64,000 nt of DNA, taken from contig JBLWVX010000004.1 of the NCBI GenBank assembly GCA_048268245.1, positions 1 to 64,000 on the forward strand, given 5' to 3'. The notes under the pieces were generated by a model, which was given only the letters and a program-made list of their open reading frames with translations, searched no databases and was not told where the DNA came from. Below, piece by piece: positions 50,435 through 60,606 of the stretch (its first letter is position 1; every line of letters begins with the position of its first letter). Source of the DNA: Arcobacteraceae bacterium. GTDB taxonomy: Bacteria > Campylobacterota > Campylobacteria > Campylobacterales > Arcobacteraceae. Position numbers and translations under genes: made by a program.

Positions 50435-52097
50435 TGTCTAAAAACTTTCTTACAGTATCTTCTCCAAACTCTTCAACTAACATTTTTAATTTTTTTTGTT
50501 TATAGTTTTCTTTATCAAATATCTCTTCAAGCTCATCTAAATAGTTTTTTATAACTTTTTGTAAAAATTGTTCTCCTATGATAGAAGCTATATAATCAAA
50601 CTCTTTTTTATTTAATTTATAATATTTTTCAACTCTTAAATGAACTTTTTCTTTTGAAAATATCTTATCTTTATACTTAGTTGTAAAATCATAAAACCTT
50701 TTTATTCGCTCAATCTTACTCTTTGCAAATTCACCCATAAGCCCATCTTTCATAAAAAAGCCATGAGAGAGTAAAGTATGAATATTTGCTCCAAAAGTAT
50801 TAAAATCTTTCATTTTGTCAGTTGCATTTATACAGTTTCCTGTTTCTTCATCTTTTTCTAAGAATATTACATTTTCTTTTGGAATATCTGAAAGAATAAA
50901 AGGTGAATGAGAAGATACAATAACATGTAAATTCTTTGCTAATTGATTTTCTTTTATAAAATTAAGAATAATCTTTAAAATTCGTTTTTGCCAATTTGGA
51001 TGAAGGTATAATTCGACTTCATCAAAAAGTAATAAATTATCTTTATTACTAAATCGACTTATCATTAAATCTATTTTTTGTAAATAAAACAAAATAGTTT
51101 TTTCACCTGAACTCAAACTTATACTTTTACCTTCATTTGTTTGAAAGGTTAATTCAAACTTATCTTCCAAATTTTTTGAAGATACTAATTTAAAAAAATT
51201 ATTAAACTGTTCAGTTCCTATAATTAAATTGTCATTTTCAACAATAGTAAGTATTTCATCAATAATATTAGGAATAGTTGAATCTATAACTCTTGTTTCA
51301 TCACCATTAGGAGTATTAGAAACTTTAATATTTTCCAAATCTTTTTTGATATATTTAACGTTAATACAATTTGGTTGGGTTATCTTAAATTCTTTAAAAA
51401 ATAATTTTTTATATTTATCATCTCTCAATAAATAACTTATTGCATATGTTTGTAAAAAGTTAAATTGAGAGAGTTGAAAATTTGAAAAAGTTTGATAGAA
51501 ATTTGTTCTATGATAATTATTTTTAATATCATTTTTTTCATATATACCATAATACTTAATAGGGTCTTTTGGACTTTCAGAATCATTTTTAATAATACCA
51601 TCTCGTTCTAAATGAGATATGTTTAAATAGTTAATATCAAAATGTTCTTCTAAAGCAACTTTGTAATTTCTTATGCCTTTATCAAGACTTCCATCTATTA
51701 CTCTTATTGGAATATTTTTTTCAACTGCTATATCTTTTTCTAATAGTTTAATATTATTCGAATAACAGATATTACTACTACCATCATTTAAAACATAAAA
51801 ATAGTTAAATTGTTCATTATTATTTAACCTTAATATATTTGAAAATATTTCAAATACACTACTCTTCCCACTACCATTCTCCCCAACAATAGCAGTTACA
51901 TTAATATTTTCAGGAAAGATACTTACATAGTCTTCATTTTTTTCTATTATAAGTTCACAATCATCTTCTAAAACTTCATTTCCATCTTTATCTTTTTCAT
52001 ATTCATCTTTAAACTCACACCTAAACCTAGGAGAGAAATTAAACCCTTGTCTTTTTATATTTTTATACTCTTCTACCCACAGATATACTAGTTCCAT
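50427..52097 (-). CDS. ABC/AAA ATPase, Septu PtuA-like
   Basis: GENGSGKS, LSSGE, LLFDEVELYLHPNWQ, SSHSPFILSD, TFGANIH. Confidence 0.82.
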   Translation of the reverse strand: MELVYLWVEEYKNIKRQGFNFSPRFRCEFKDEYEKDKDGNEVLEDDCELIIEKNEDYVSIFPENINVTAIVGENGSGKSSVFEIFSNILRLNNNEQFNYFYVLNDGSSNICYSNNIKLLEKDIAVEKNIPIRVIDGSLDKGIRNYKVALEEHFDINYLNISHLERDGIIKNDSESPKDPIKYYGIYEKNDIKNNYHRTNFYQTFSNFQLSQFNFLQTYAISYLLRDDKYKKLFFKEFKITQPNCINVKYIKKDLENIKVSNTPNGDETRVIDSTIPNIIDEILTIVENDNLIIGTEQFNNFFKLVSSKNLEDKFELTFQTNEGKSISLSSGEKTILFYLQKIDLMISRFSNKDNLLLFDEVELYLHPNWQKRILKIILNFIKENQLAKNLHVIVSSHSPFILSDIPKENVIFLEKDEETGNCINATDKMKDFNTFGANIHTLLSHGFFMKDGLMGEFAKSKIERIKRFYDFTTKYKDKIFSKEKVHLRVEKYYKLNKKEFDYIASIIGEQFLQKVIKNYLDELEEIFDKENYKQKKLKMLVEEFGEDTVRKFLDND

Positions 52098-52262
52098 ATT
52101 TTACTTTCATTATTTTATATTATTTATATGATATTAAAAATGTTATTTAGTTTTGCTTTGTTTTTTTACTTTCATATTTTATACAGCTGTATATTTACTA
52201 AGCAGTTTTTTTCATATATGAAGTTTTTGTTTTGCTATACTAAAAATAAAACAAGGCTATTT

Positions 52263-52661
52263 ATGGGACTATTTGATATAAGTATAAAAAAAGAGTTACC
52301 CTCTACACTTTCAAAACATGAGTTTTTAGAAGAACTAAAAGTTTCACTTATTCAAGACAAAGAGTATGAAACAAAACTAGATAAAAGCTCACTTGAAATA
52401 GAAAAACTTCATCTTGATACACTTTTGAAGTATAACTGTAAAATCACTTTAGAAAAACAAAAAAAATCAACTTCATTTCATCTTGAAGGGCAGTTACATG
52501 ATACTTTGATACTTACTATTTTGATTATCTTAGCTATTTTACTTACTTATGGAATAGGTGTAGTATTAGTGATACTTTTCACATATTTTCAAAAGAAAAA
52601 AGCAACTAAGTATGTAAATGAGATTTTAGATAAGTATGAGCCTATAAAAAAATCAAATTAG
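52263..52661 (+). CDS. Hypothetical membrane protein
   Basis: ATG at 52263 after AAGG; C-terminal TM hairpin. Confidence 0.65.
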   Translation: MGLFDISIKKELPSTLSKHEFLEELKVSLIQDKEYETKLDKSSLEIEKLHLDTLLKYNCKITLEKQKKSTSFHLEGQLHDTLILTILIILAILLTYGIGVVLVILFTYFQKKKATKYVNEILDKYEPIKKSN

Positions 52662-52737
52662 CTACTACTTACAAAACTTTAGATACAATCACTCTTTAGA
52701 AAATCGAATAATTTATAATAAACAAAAAGGAAAAAAT

Positions 52738-53253
52738 ATGCCATTATTAGATAGTTTTAGAGTTGATCATACAATTATGCCAGCACCAGCAGTTAGAGTT
52801 GCAAAGACAATGAAGTCACCATCTGGTGATATTATCACTGTATTTGACTTAAGATTCTGTGTTCCAAATGAAAAGATGTTAGGAGAAAAAGGTATTCACA
52901 CATTAGAGCACCTTTTTGCAGGATTTATTAGAGAGCATTTAAACTCTGATACAGTTGAGATTATTGATGTATCTCCTATGGGTTGTAGAACTGGTTTTTA
53001 TATGAGTTTATTGGGTTCTCCATCAGAAGAGCAAGTTGGTAAAGCTTGGAGAGCAGCTATGGAAGATGTACTTAAAGTTGAAACTCAAAATGACATCCCA
53101 GAACTAAACGAATTCCAATGTGGCACATACAAAATGCACTCATTAGAAGAAGCAAAACAAATCGCACAAGATATTTTAGATAGCGAAATTGGTGTTATGT
53201 CAAACAAAGAGTTATTTTTATCAGAAGAGAAACTAAACTCACTAGGAAACTAA
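52738..53253 (+). CDS. luxS: S-ribosylhomocysteine lyase
   Basis: [23 protein letters not shown]. Confidence 0.98.
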   Translation: MPLLDSFRVDHTIMPAPAVRVAKTMKSPSGDIITVFDLRFCVPNEKMLGEKGIHTLEHLFAGFIREHLNSDTVEIIDVSPMGCRTGFYMSLLGSPSEEQVGKAWRAAMEDVLKVETQNDIPELNEFQCGTYKMHSLEEAKQIAQDILDSEIGVMSNKELFLSEEKLNSLGN

Positions 53254-53256
53254 GTT

Positions 53257-53700
53257 TTGAGTAAAAAGCTAGAGCTTTTCAAAGAGTTATTTGCTGATTA
53301 TCCAAATATAGCTATATTGCATGTGGATAACTCTTTGGATTTAGTTACAAATACCCTGGAGCAAGTAAGAGAAAAAAACGACGGAAATATCAAATATATC
53401 AAGTTTGAAGATGAAACCTCAGCAAGACTTAGAGCTACAGCTAGAGAGTATGAGTATGTAATCTTAGGAGATATTTTATCTTACTGTCCAAACAAAGATA
53501 AAATTTTGAAGCTTATGTATAAGGCTATTGAAAACTCAGGAAATATCATCATCTTAGAAAAAAAGACAAATGACAATCTTTATGAGCTTTTAGAGCTTAT
53601 AGAAAATACTGGTTTTCAAGCTGTAAACAACATCGATTTATTTGATGAATACAACACAATCACTGCAAAAAAAATGCACCATTGGGACAACGGACTATAA
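53257..53700 (+). CDS. Hypothetical protein, possibly degenerate SAM-methyltransferase fold
   Basis: YEYVIL...YKAIENSGNIIILE pattern; in the luxS operon. Confidence 0.55.
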   Translation: MSKKLELFKELFADYPNIAILHVDNSLDLVTNTLEQVREKNDGNIKYIKFEDETSARLRATAREYEYVILGDILSYCPNKDKILKLMYKAIENSGNIIILEKKTNDNLYELLELIENTGFQAVNNIDLFDEYNTITAKKMHHWDNGL

Positions 53701-54440
53701 GTTTGCAAGAAATAGTAAAAACAATAGATGGGTCAAACACCCTTTATTCACCAAAATACAATCAGCACTATCACAATATAGATGATGGTGCTGTAAATGA
53801 AGCCCTATCAAAACATATCATCCCAACTTTACAGTTTCAAAAAAACAAAAAAGAGTTAAATATCTTAGATATTTGTTTTGGCTTAGGATACAACACATTT
53901 ACAACTTTGTACCATATCAAAAAAAACAATCTATCACATAAAGTAAATATCTACTCACCTGAACTTGATGGAGATTTAGTAAAGTCTTTAGAGAATTTCG
54001 AGTTTCCAAAAGAGTTTGATGAAATAAAACACATCATAAAAGAAGTTAGTATCAACAGTTTTTATGAAGATGAAGATATTAAAATAGAGGTATTTATAGG
54101 TGATGCAAGAGACTATATCAGAAGTTTTGAAGAAGAGTTTTTTGATATAGTTTACCAAGATGCTTTTTCTAGTGAGGTAAATATGGAGCTTTGGACAAAA
54201 GAGTATTTTGATGATATTTTTAGAATCTCAAAACAAGACTCTATTTTATCTACTTATGCTATAGCAACTCCAATAAGGTTATCACTTTATGAAGCTGGTT
54301 ACCTTATTTATCAACATATTCCAGTAAAAAGAAAGATTACTTTAGCTTTTAAACAAAGCCAAGAAAATATTGGAAAATACATAAATATGGAACTAAAAAA
54401 ACAAAGAAACAAAGAAGCAAAAGCTATTTATGATAAATAG
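53682..54440 (+). CDS. mnmD: MnmC-N/MnmD-like tRNA methyltransferase
   Basis: DGSNTLYS...QHYH, LDICFGLGYN, GDAR, QDAFS, ELWT. Confidence 0.82.
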   Translation: MGQRTISLQEIVKTIDGSNTLYSPKYNQHYHNIDDGAVNEALSKHIIPTLQFQKNKKELNILDICFGLGYNTFTTLYHIKKNNLSHKVNIYSPELDGDLVKSLENFEFPKEFDEIKHIIKEVSINSFYEDEDIKIEVFIGDARDYIRSFEEEFFDIVYQDAFSSEVNMELWTKEYFDDIFRISKQDSILSTYAIATPIRLSLYEAGYLIYQHIPVKRKITLAFKQSQENIGKYINMELKKQRNKEAKAIYDK

Positions 54441-54455
54441 CTTTTGTTTTCAAAT

Positions 54456-55976
54456 TTAATCCACTTTTATTACAGCAGCACCACGTCTACTATCACAACC
54501 ACCATTTAGGTTTCCATCCACAGCTTGAACTCCACCAAAAAATACATTTAAATCATCAAAGTATTGAAGTTTATAGTGTTTTTCTAACTCATCTCTTATG
54601 GCTTGTGAACAATCAGGTTCCATACAAACACTTCCTTTTTCAAAGTGAATTCTAGGACTGTTTATACTCTCATGTAAGCTTTTTCCATAATCAAGATTGT
54701 TTATCATAGTTTGAGTTATGGCTGATCTTATTCTATTACTTCCTGCACTTCCAAGTATAAGTTCTGGTTTTCCATCTTTAAGTACTGCTGTTGGTGCCAT
54801 CATAGATGGAAGTCTAAGTCCTTCTTCCCATGCAAACCAACCATGAGGATTTAAGTCTTCTTCTCCCATCATATTATTTAGCATAATTCCAGAACTTGGT
54901 ATTACATGACCTGAACCTTCACCATTTGTAGTAGTAACTGATACAGCATTTCCAAGTTCATCTATAACTGATAAGTGCGTTGTATTTCCCCACAGATTAA
55001 GTCTTGAGTGCATAGTAGTACAGTAGTTTTTGATAAGTCTATCATTTTGTAAAATATCTTTTAGTTTTTCATCATGTAAAAACTCATCCACATGTTCACG
55101 TCTAAAATCACTTGTAGTATTAAAAGCTTCTATCATTCCTTTTACATACTCAAAACTTCTAAAATCTTTAAGGTCATATTTTTCAAGTATTTTCATAGTA
55201 AAAGCTATAAGTATTCCTCCTCCACTTGGTGGTGAGTTTGTAACTATTTCATAACCTTTATAGTTAAAATCAATTGGTTCTCTTTTTATACACTGATAGT
55301 TTTTTAAATCCTCTTTTAAAATAAGTCCATCATTCTCTTTCATGATTTTCTCTATCTCATCAGCAACTACACCTTCATAGAAAACTTTACTTCCTTCTTT
55401 TGCAAAGGCTTCTAAAAAGTCAGCATATGCAGGGTTCTTAAATAAGTGTGTTTCATCTATTAGATTTTTATCATCAATTCCATATACATCCATAGATGAT
55501 TTTGTTGATGTAAAAATAGGCTCTAACAGTTTTACAAAACTAGCTTGCATAGAAGATAGATATACACCTTGCCTTGCATACTTTACAGCTGGTTTAATTA
55601 TCTCACTTAAAGGAAGTGTTCCTTTATCTTTGTGTACTTGATAGATACCTTCAACAAGTCCAGGAATAGCAACACTACCAGCTCCTATATGAAACTCTTG
55701 AACGGCTGCTCCAAAATCTACATATATTGGATAAAACTCCGGCTCTTCCACTCTTTTTTTTGGAACTTGTACAAAAAAATCATAAAGTTCTGGCTTTTTA
55801 CCTTTTTCAAGGCCTAGAAGAAAGCCCCCTCCACCAAGACTTGTAAATAATGGCTCTGTTAAAGGAGCTGCTAACATTACAGCAAGTGCTGCATCATAAG
55901 CGTTTCCTCCTTGTTTTAATATATCAGCTCCTGCTTGTGCTGAGTTTGTATCTCCTGCTGAGACTACACCTTTCAT
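54456..55976 (-). CDS. ggt: Gamma-glutamyltransferase family protein, no signal peptide
   Basis: GGNAYDAA, LGGGGF, PPSGGG, NTTHLSVID (Thr nucleophile), LNNMM, PSMMAP, DSRRG. Confidence 0.9.
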   Translation of the reverse strand: MKGVVSAGDTNSAQAGADILKQGGNAYDAALAVMLAAPLTEPLFTSLGGGGFLLGLEKGKKPELYDFFVQVPKKRVEEPEFYPIYVDFGAAVQEFHIGAGSVAIPGLVEGIYQVHKDKGTLPLSEIIKPAVKYARQGVYLSSMQASFVKLLEPIFTSTKSSMDVYGIDDKNLIDETHLFKNPAYADFLEAFAKEGSKVFYEGVVADEIEKIMKENDGLILKEDLKNYQCIKREPIDFNYKGYEIVTNSPPSGGGILIAFTMKILEKYDLKDFRSFEYVKGMIEAFNTTSDFRREHVDEFLHDEKLKDILQNDRLIKNYCTTMHSRLNLWGNTTHLSVIDELGNAVSVTTTNGEGSGHVIPSSGIMLNNMMGEEDLNPHGWFAWEEGLRLPSMMAPTAVLKDGKPELILGSAGSNRIRSAITQTMINNLDYGKSLHESINSPRIHFEKGSVCMEPDCSQAIRDELEKHYKLQYFDDLNVFFGGVQAVDGNLNGGCDSRRGAAVIKVD

Positions 55977-57049
55977 TTAACTACTCCTATTTTTTCTACT
56001 TCTTTTAAGTCATTTGTTTTTTCATAAATTTCTATCATATCTTGTGCAATTGAGTTTTTATTTACAATTTCTCTTGCCTTATCCATAAACTCATCACTAA
56101 TTATGTGATGTTCATATAGTTCATCAATAAGTTTGTGAATAACTTCTCTTATTGTTTTTTTCTGATTTTTACCTATAAAGTTTGCATTCATTGAGTATCT
56201 TGAGGCTTTCCACATATTTTGTTTTAAAACTTGCATAGGTTCAAAAGTTACTTCTTTTATTTGTGATAGTTTACATATCCCTCTAAACAATCCTATTATT
56301 ATCTCTAATCTATCAAAATCATTTATAGCATCACAAACTCTAAACTCGATAGTTTTAAAGCTTGGCTGAATTCTCACATCCCACCAAACATCTTTTTCAC
56401 TTTGTATTGCCTCTGATTTATAAAGTATGTTATATACATTTTTCATTTGCGTATAACTAGTAAAATATTCAGGAATAGAAGCTTTTGGAAGTCTATCAAA
56501 AACCTTTGTTCTATAAGAGTGAATACCCGTATCTTGACCATTTGAGTACACAGATGAAGCAGATAGTGCTACAAATATAGGCATATAGGTCAATGAAAAG
56601 TTATATGCTTTTAACGCCTTGTCAAAGTTCTTAAAGCCCACATGTACATGCAAACCACATATTGAGAAATCATCTAAAAGTATTTTGTGTTCATTTGATA
56701 GTTCTTGGTATCTTTTATTTGAAGATAATTCTAAATGGTCTTGTTTTAAAGCACTCGAACCGCTTGATTGAAGAAGTAAGTTTTTCTTTGAAGCTAAACT
56801 ATTTAATTCCAAAGTAATCTCTTTAAAGTATTTTATTAAATCTGATAAATTATTAAAGACAGGTGTATTTATTTCTAGCATACACTGTAAAAATTCAGAT
56901 GTAATATTATCTTTAAACTTAGCAGAAATATTTTGCTTGAAATAGTCATACTCATTTGCACAACTTAAATCATCAGCATTCAGAATTCTTAGTTCTAACT
57001 CTGCGCCCAACGTAAATACATATCCATTTGTAAATTTGTCGAAAATCAA
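55973..57049 (-). CDS. YbdK/GCS2 family carboxylate-amine (glutamate--cysteine-like) ligase
   Basis: TLGAELE, EINT, GLHVHVG, WWDVR, TIEFRVCD. Confidence 0.88.
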   Translation of the reverse strand: MIFDKFTNGYVFTLGAELELRILNADDLSCANEYDYFKQNISAKFKDNITSEFLQCMLEINTPVFNNLSDLIKYFKEITLELNSLASKKNLLLQSSGSSALKQDHLELSSNKRYQELSNEHKILLDDFSICGLHVHVGFKNFDKALKAYNFSLTYMPIFVALSASSVYSNGQDTGIHSYRTKVFDRLPKASIPEYFTSYTQMKNVYNILYKSEAIQSEKDVWWDVRIQPSFKTIEFRVCDAINDFDRLEIIIGLFRGICKLSQIKEVTFEPMQVLKQNMWKASRYSMNANFIGKNQKKTIREVIHKLIDELYEHHIISDEFMDKAREIVNKNSIAQDMIEIYEKTNDLKEVEKIGVVK

Positions 57050-57123
57050 GTTGCACCAACTTTTTTAAAGAGATTTGTTGTAACATATATACTAACATAA
57101 AAATTATAAAAAGGTTACTTATC

Positions 57124-57366
57124 ATGTACAAAAATATAATATTTACTATCTTAGTATCTATAATTTTTAGTTCTTGTAGCTCTACAAAAGAGGTAAAGCT
57201 AGATAACAAATGCTATGAGCTTCCAAAAAGTGGTATGTGTAAAGCAATGTTCTCAAAATATTATTTTGATCAAAATGAAAAAAAATGTAAACAGTTTATT
57301 TGGGGAGGATGTGGAGGAAATATTCCTTTTGAATCTTTAAAAGAGTGTGAAGAAAAGTGTAAGTAA
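57124..57366 (+). CDS. Lipoprotein with a BPTI/Kunitz domain
   Basis: Lipobox FSSC; C...GMCKA...YYFD...C..FIWGGCGGN..F....C...C, six Cys in Kunitz spacing. Confidence 0.9.
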   Translation: MYKNIIFTILVSIIFSSCSSTKEVKLDNKCYELPKSGMCKAMFSKYYFDQNEKKCKQFIWGGCGGNIPFESLKECEEKCK

Positions 57367-57376
57367 AACCTTACAC

Positions 57377-57871
57377 TTATTCACTTAAATTATCTAAAAT
57401 ATATCTTTCTAAATCTCTTTTTGAAACTTCATCTTTTAGTGATTTTTCAAAAATCTCTTCTATTTTTTTTGAATAATCTTCATATGAAAATAAAGGGAAG
57501 TGTAATTTCCATGATCTTTTAATAAGAAGTAAACTAATAGAGTCTCTCATTCTTGATCTAAAGAAATTAAACCCAATAAAAATTACAGCAGTAATCACCA
57601 TAGCACCCAAGATAGAAATATGTGAATCAATCTTAGCTAAGGTTTTATGAGTAAGTAGTGATATTGGAACTATTATAGATAAAACAATTCCCAAATAAAC
57701 TAAATAAGCTCTTGTAAGTCTGAGTCTAAAACCTAACTTTGCAGGGTCTACATGCATTCCCTCATTATATTGCCTATTTGCAATTAGTAAATCTCTTAAA
57801 AGTATTGGCTGTTTTGATGTAATATAAATATAGTCTAAAATTTTTTCTTTAAATGTTCTTTTTTTAGGCAT
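57377..57871 (-). CDS. Hypothetical two-TM membrane protein
   Basis: SD AGGGA, two hydrophobic helices. Confidence 0.7.
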   Translation of the reverse strand: MPKKRTFKEKILDYIYITSKQPILLRDLLIANRQYNEGMHVDPAKLGFRLRLTRAYLVYLGIVLSIIVPISLLTHKTLAKIDSHISILGAMVITAVIFIGFNFFRSRMRDSISLLLIKRSWKLHFPLFSYEDYSKKIEEIFEKSLKDEVSKRDLERYILDNLSE

Positions 57872-58060
57872 AAACTTTCCCTATAAAATTTTATATTTAT
57901 TTTATCTAAAAAAATGATAATAATCGGTTAATCAAACAAAGTGAAAACTTTATAAATCACTTAATACCTATTGTTTCTTAATATTTCTAATATAAATAAA
58001 ATTTATATAAAAATTTAATCTAAATAACTATAAACTAGGCAAAATATTTTAGGCATTATA

Positions 58061-60601
58061 ATGAAAAAAACAGTTTTTATACTTTTTACTTTTTTTTATG
58101 CTTTTTTATATGCAAATGAAAAAAGCGAAATATCTATACAGTTTATGTGGCATGATCAGTTTCAATTTGCTGGATTTTATATGGCAAAAGAAAAAGGCTT
58201 TTATGAAAAAACTGGCTTAAATGTAGAGTTTCATAAATATACTTCACAAACCAACCTAGTAAATAGAGTACTTACAAAAAAATCTGATTTTGCAACAGGT
58301 TCAAGTTCACTTATAATTGATAAATCAAATGGTAAAGATATAGTTCTACTTGGTTCTATTTTTCAATCTTCTCCAATGATGCTTTTAGCTTTGAAAAACT
58401 CAAACATCACTAGTTTTGAAGATATTAAAAACAAAAGAATCATGACAATAAAAAACAAACAAAGATTTGCCACTTTACAAGCAATGCTAACAAGTAAAAA
58501 TATATCGATGAATGATATTGTTTTTTTAGATCATAGCTTTAATATTAAAGATTTGATAAACAAAAAAACTGACTTGATGTTAGCATATACTACAAATGAA
58601 CCTTTCTTATTAAAAGAGTTAGGTTATGAAACAATAAGTTTTAATCCAAAAGATTATGGTTTTGATTTTTATGAAGAGTTGATTTTTACATCAAAAGAGT
58701 TTGCTACAAAAAACCCAACTACTGTTAAAAACTTTTATGATGCTAGTATAAAAGGATGGGAATATGCCTTTGATAATATTAATGAAACTGCAAAACTTAT
58801 TTTTGAGAAATATAATCCTCAAAACAAAAGCTTAGAGAGTCTTCTTTTTGAAGCAAAACAAATGAAAAAGCTTGTTTATACAAAAGATAAGAAAATAGGA
58901 ACTATCACTAGAGAAAAAATAACATTAATTGAGAACACTTATAGAATTATGGGTTTACTTAACAAACCTTTAAATATTGATAAGTTAATTTATAAAGAAC
59001 ATATAAAAAGTAAAAACACCCTTTCTCAAAAAGAAATTCAACTTTTAAAAAAGATGAAAACTATAAAAATGTGTATTGATCCTAGTTGGATGCCCTTTGA
59101 AAAAATCCAAAAGGGCAAGCATATAGGTATTTCAGCTGATTTTATAAAACTTATAGAAAAGAAAATAGATACAAAAATAGAACTAGTTCCAACAACAAAT
59201 TGGAGTGAATCTTTAGGGTTTGTTAAAAAAAGATTATGTGATATTATTTCTTTGATTATGCCAACAGAAGATAGAAAACTATTTTTAGACTTTACAACAC
59301 CATATTTAGAAGTACCTATAGTTGTTGCATCTAAACTTAATAACCCTTTTATAAATACAAAAACTGATTTAAAAGGAGAAAAATTAGCTATTGTAAAAGG
59401 TTATGCCTATGCAAAAAAATTAAAATACCAATACCCTTATTTAAATCTCATTGAAGTAGAAAATATAAAAGAGGGATTTGAAAAAATAGAAAATGATGAA
59501 GTTTATGGAGTTATAGGTAGCCTTGGAACAGTTGGATACCATATACAAAAAGAGTATATAGGTCAACTAAAAATTAGTGGTAAGTTTGATGAAAAATGGA
59601 GTTTAAGTATAGGAACAAGAAATGATATTCCTGAACTTAAAACAATATTTGAAAAAGCAATAAATAGTATAGAAGAGAGTAAAAAACAATCTATTTTAAA
59701 TAATTGGATTTCAGTTAACTATGAAAGAAGTTTTAACTATAATCTTTTATATAAAATCATTGCTGCTATTTTTATAATAATATTTTTAGTTTTCTTAAGT
59801 TACAGACAAATTCTTCTTAAAAATTTAAATGAAAAGCTAAAAAAAAAAGTTGCCCTTGAAATAGAAAAAAACAATGAACAAAACCAACTAATGAACCAGC
59901 AAGCAAAACTTGCAGCTATGGGTGAAATGATGGGAAATATTGCTCACCAATGGAGGCAACCTTTATCTTTAATTACCATAACAGCCACAGGTATGAAGTT
60001 TAAAAAAGAACTAAATATCTTAGATGATAAAGAGTTTAATGATTGTATTGATCAAATCGTTACTTCTACAAAATACTTATCAAATACTATAGATGATTTT
60101 AGAAACTTTTTAAATAGAAATAAACCTGCTTTTACATTTAAAACAAAACAGTTAGTTTCTAAAACTCTAAATCTAATAAATGCTCAATTTAAAAACAACG
60201 ATATTGAAATAATTTTAAATGTAGATGATGTAAAAATAACAACTCATGAAAATGAACTTATTCAAGTTTTAATAAATATCTTAAATAATGCAAAAGATGC
60301 CCTTGAAGATAAAGATTATGAAAAACTAATTTTAATAAATATTTATGAAGAAAGAAATAGTGTTTTTATACAAATACAAGATAATGCAAAAGGAATTGAT
60401 GAAAATATTATTTCAAAAATTTTTGAACCATACTTTACCACAAAACACCAAACACAAGGGACAGGTATTGGTTTATATATGAGTAAACAAATGGTACATA
60501 AAACTATGAAAGGAAATCTAAAAGTAGAAAATAAAAACTTCACACATAAACAAAAAGAGTATAAAGGTGCTTTATTTACAATACAGTTAAATAAAAACTA
60601 A
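58061..60601 (+). CDS. Orphan sensor histidine kinase with NMT1/THI5-like and amino-acid-binding periplasmic domains
   Basis: WHDQFQFAGFYMAKEKGFY, CIDPSWMPFE, TM helix, IAHQWRQPL, DNAKG, GTGIGLY. Confidence 0.9.
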   Translation: MKKTVFILFTFFYAFLYANEKSEISIQFMWHDQFQFAGFYMAKEKGFYEKTGLNVEFHKYTSQTNLVNRVLTKKSDFATGSSSLIIDKSNGKDIVLLGSIFQSSPMMLLALKNSNITSFEDIKNKRIMTIKNKQRFATLQAMLTSKNISMNDIVFLDHSFNIKDLINKKTDLMLAYTTNEPFLLKELGYETISFNPKDYGFDFYEELIFTSKEFATKNPTTVKNFYDASIKGWEYAFDNINETAKLIFEKYNPQNKSLESLLFEAKQMKKLVYTKDKKIGTITREKITLIENTYRIMGLLNKPLNIDKLIYKEHIKSKNTLSQKEIQLLKKMKTIKMCIDPSWMPFEKIQKGKHIGISADFIKLIEKKIDTKIELVPTTNWSESLGFVKKRLCDIISLIMPTEDRKLFLDFTTPYLEVPIVVASKLNNPFINTKTDLKGEKLAIVKGYAYAKKLKYQYPYLNLIEVENIKEGFEKIENDEVYGVIGSLGTVGYHIQKEYIGQLKISGKFDEKWSLSIGTRNDIPELKTIFEKAINSIEESKKQSILNNWISVNYERSFNYNLLYKIIAAIFIIIFLVFLSYRQILLKNLNEKLKKKVALEIEKNNEQNQLMNQQAKLAAMGEMMGNIAHQWRQPLSLITITATGMKFKKELNILDDKEFNDCIDQIVTSTKYLSNTIDDFRNFLNRNKPAFTFKTKQLVSKTLNLINAQFKNNDIEIILNVDDVKITTHENELIQVLINILNNAKDALEDKDYEKLILINIYEERNSVFIQIQDNAKGIDENIISKIFEPYFTTKHQTQGTGIGLYMSKQMVHKTMKGNLKVENKNFTHKQKEYKGALFTIQLNKN

Positions 60602-60606
60602 TATTT

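Noticed and set aside
49475..52097. Retron (Ec78-like) assignment for the ATPase/HNH pair
   Set aside because: No reverse transcriptase or msr-msd-like structure nearby
52128..52262. N-terminal extension of the 52128-52661 ORF
   Set aside because: Low-complexity promoter DNA; ATG at 52263 has an SD-like AAGG
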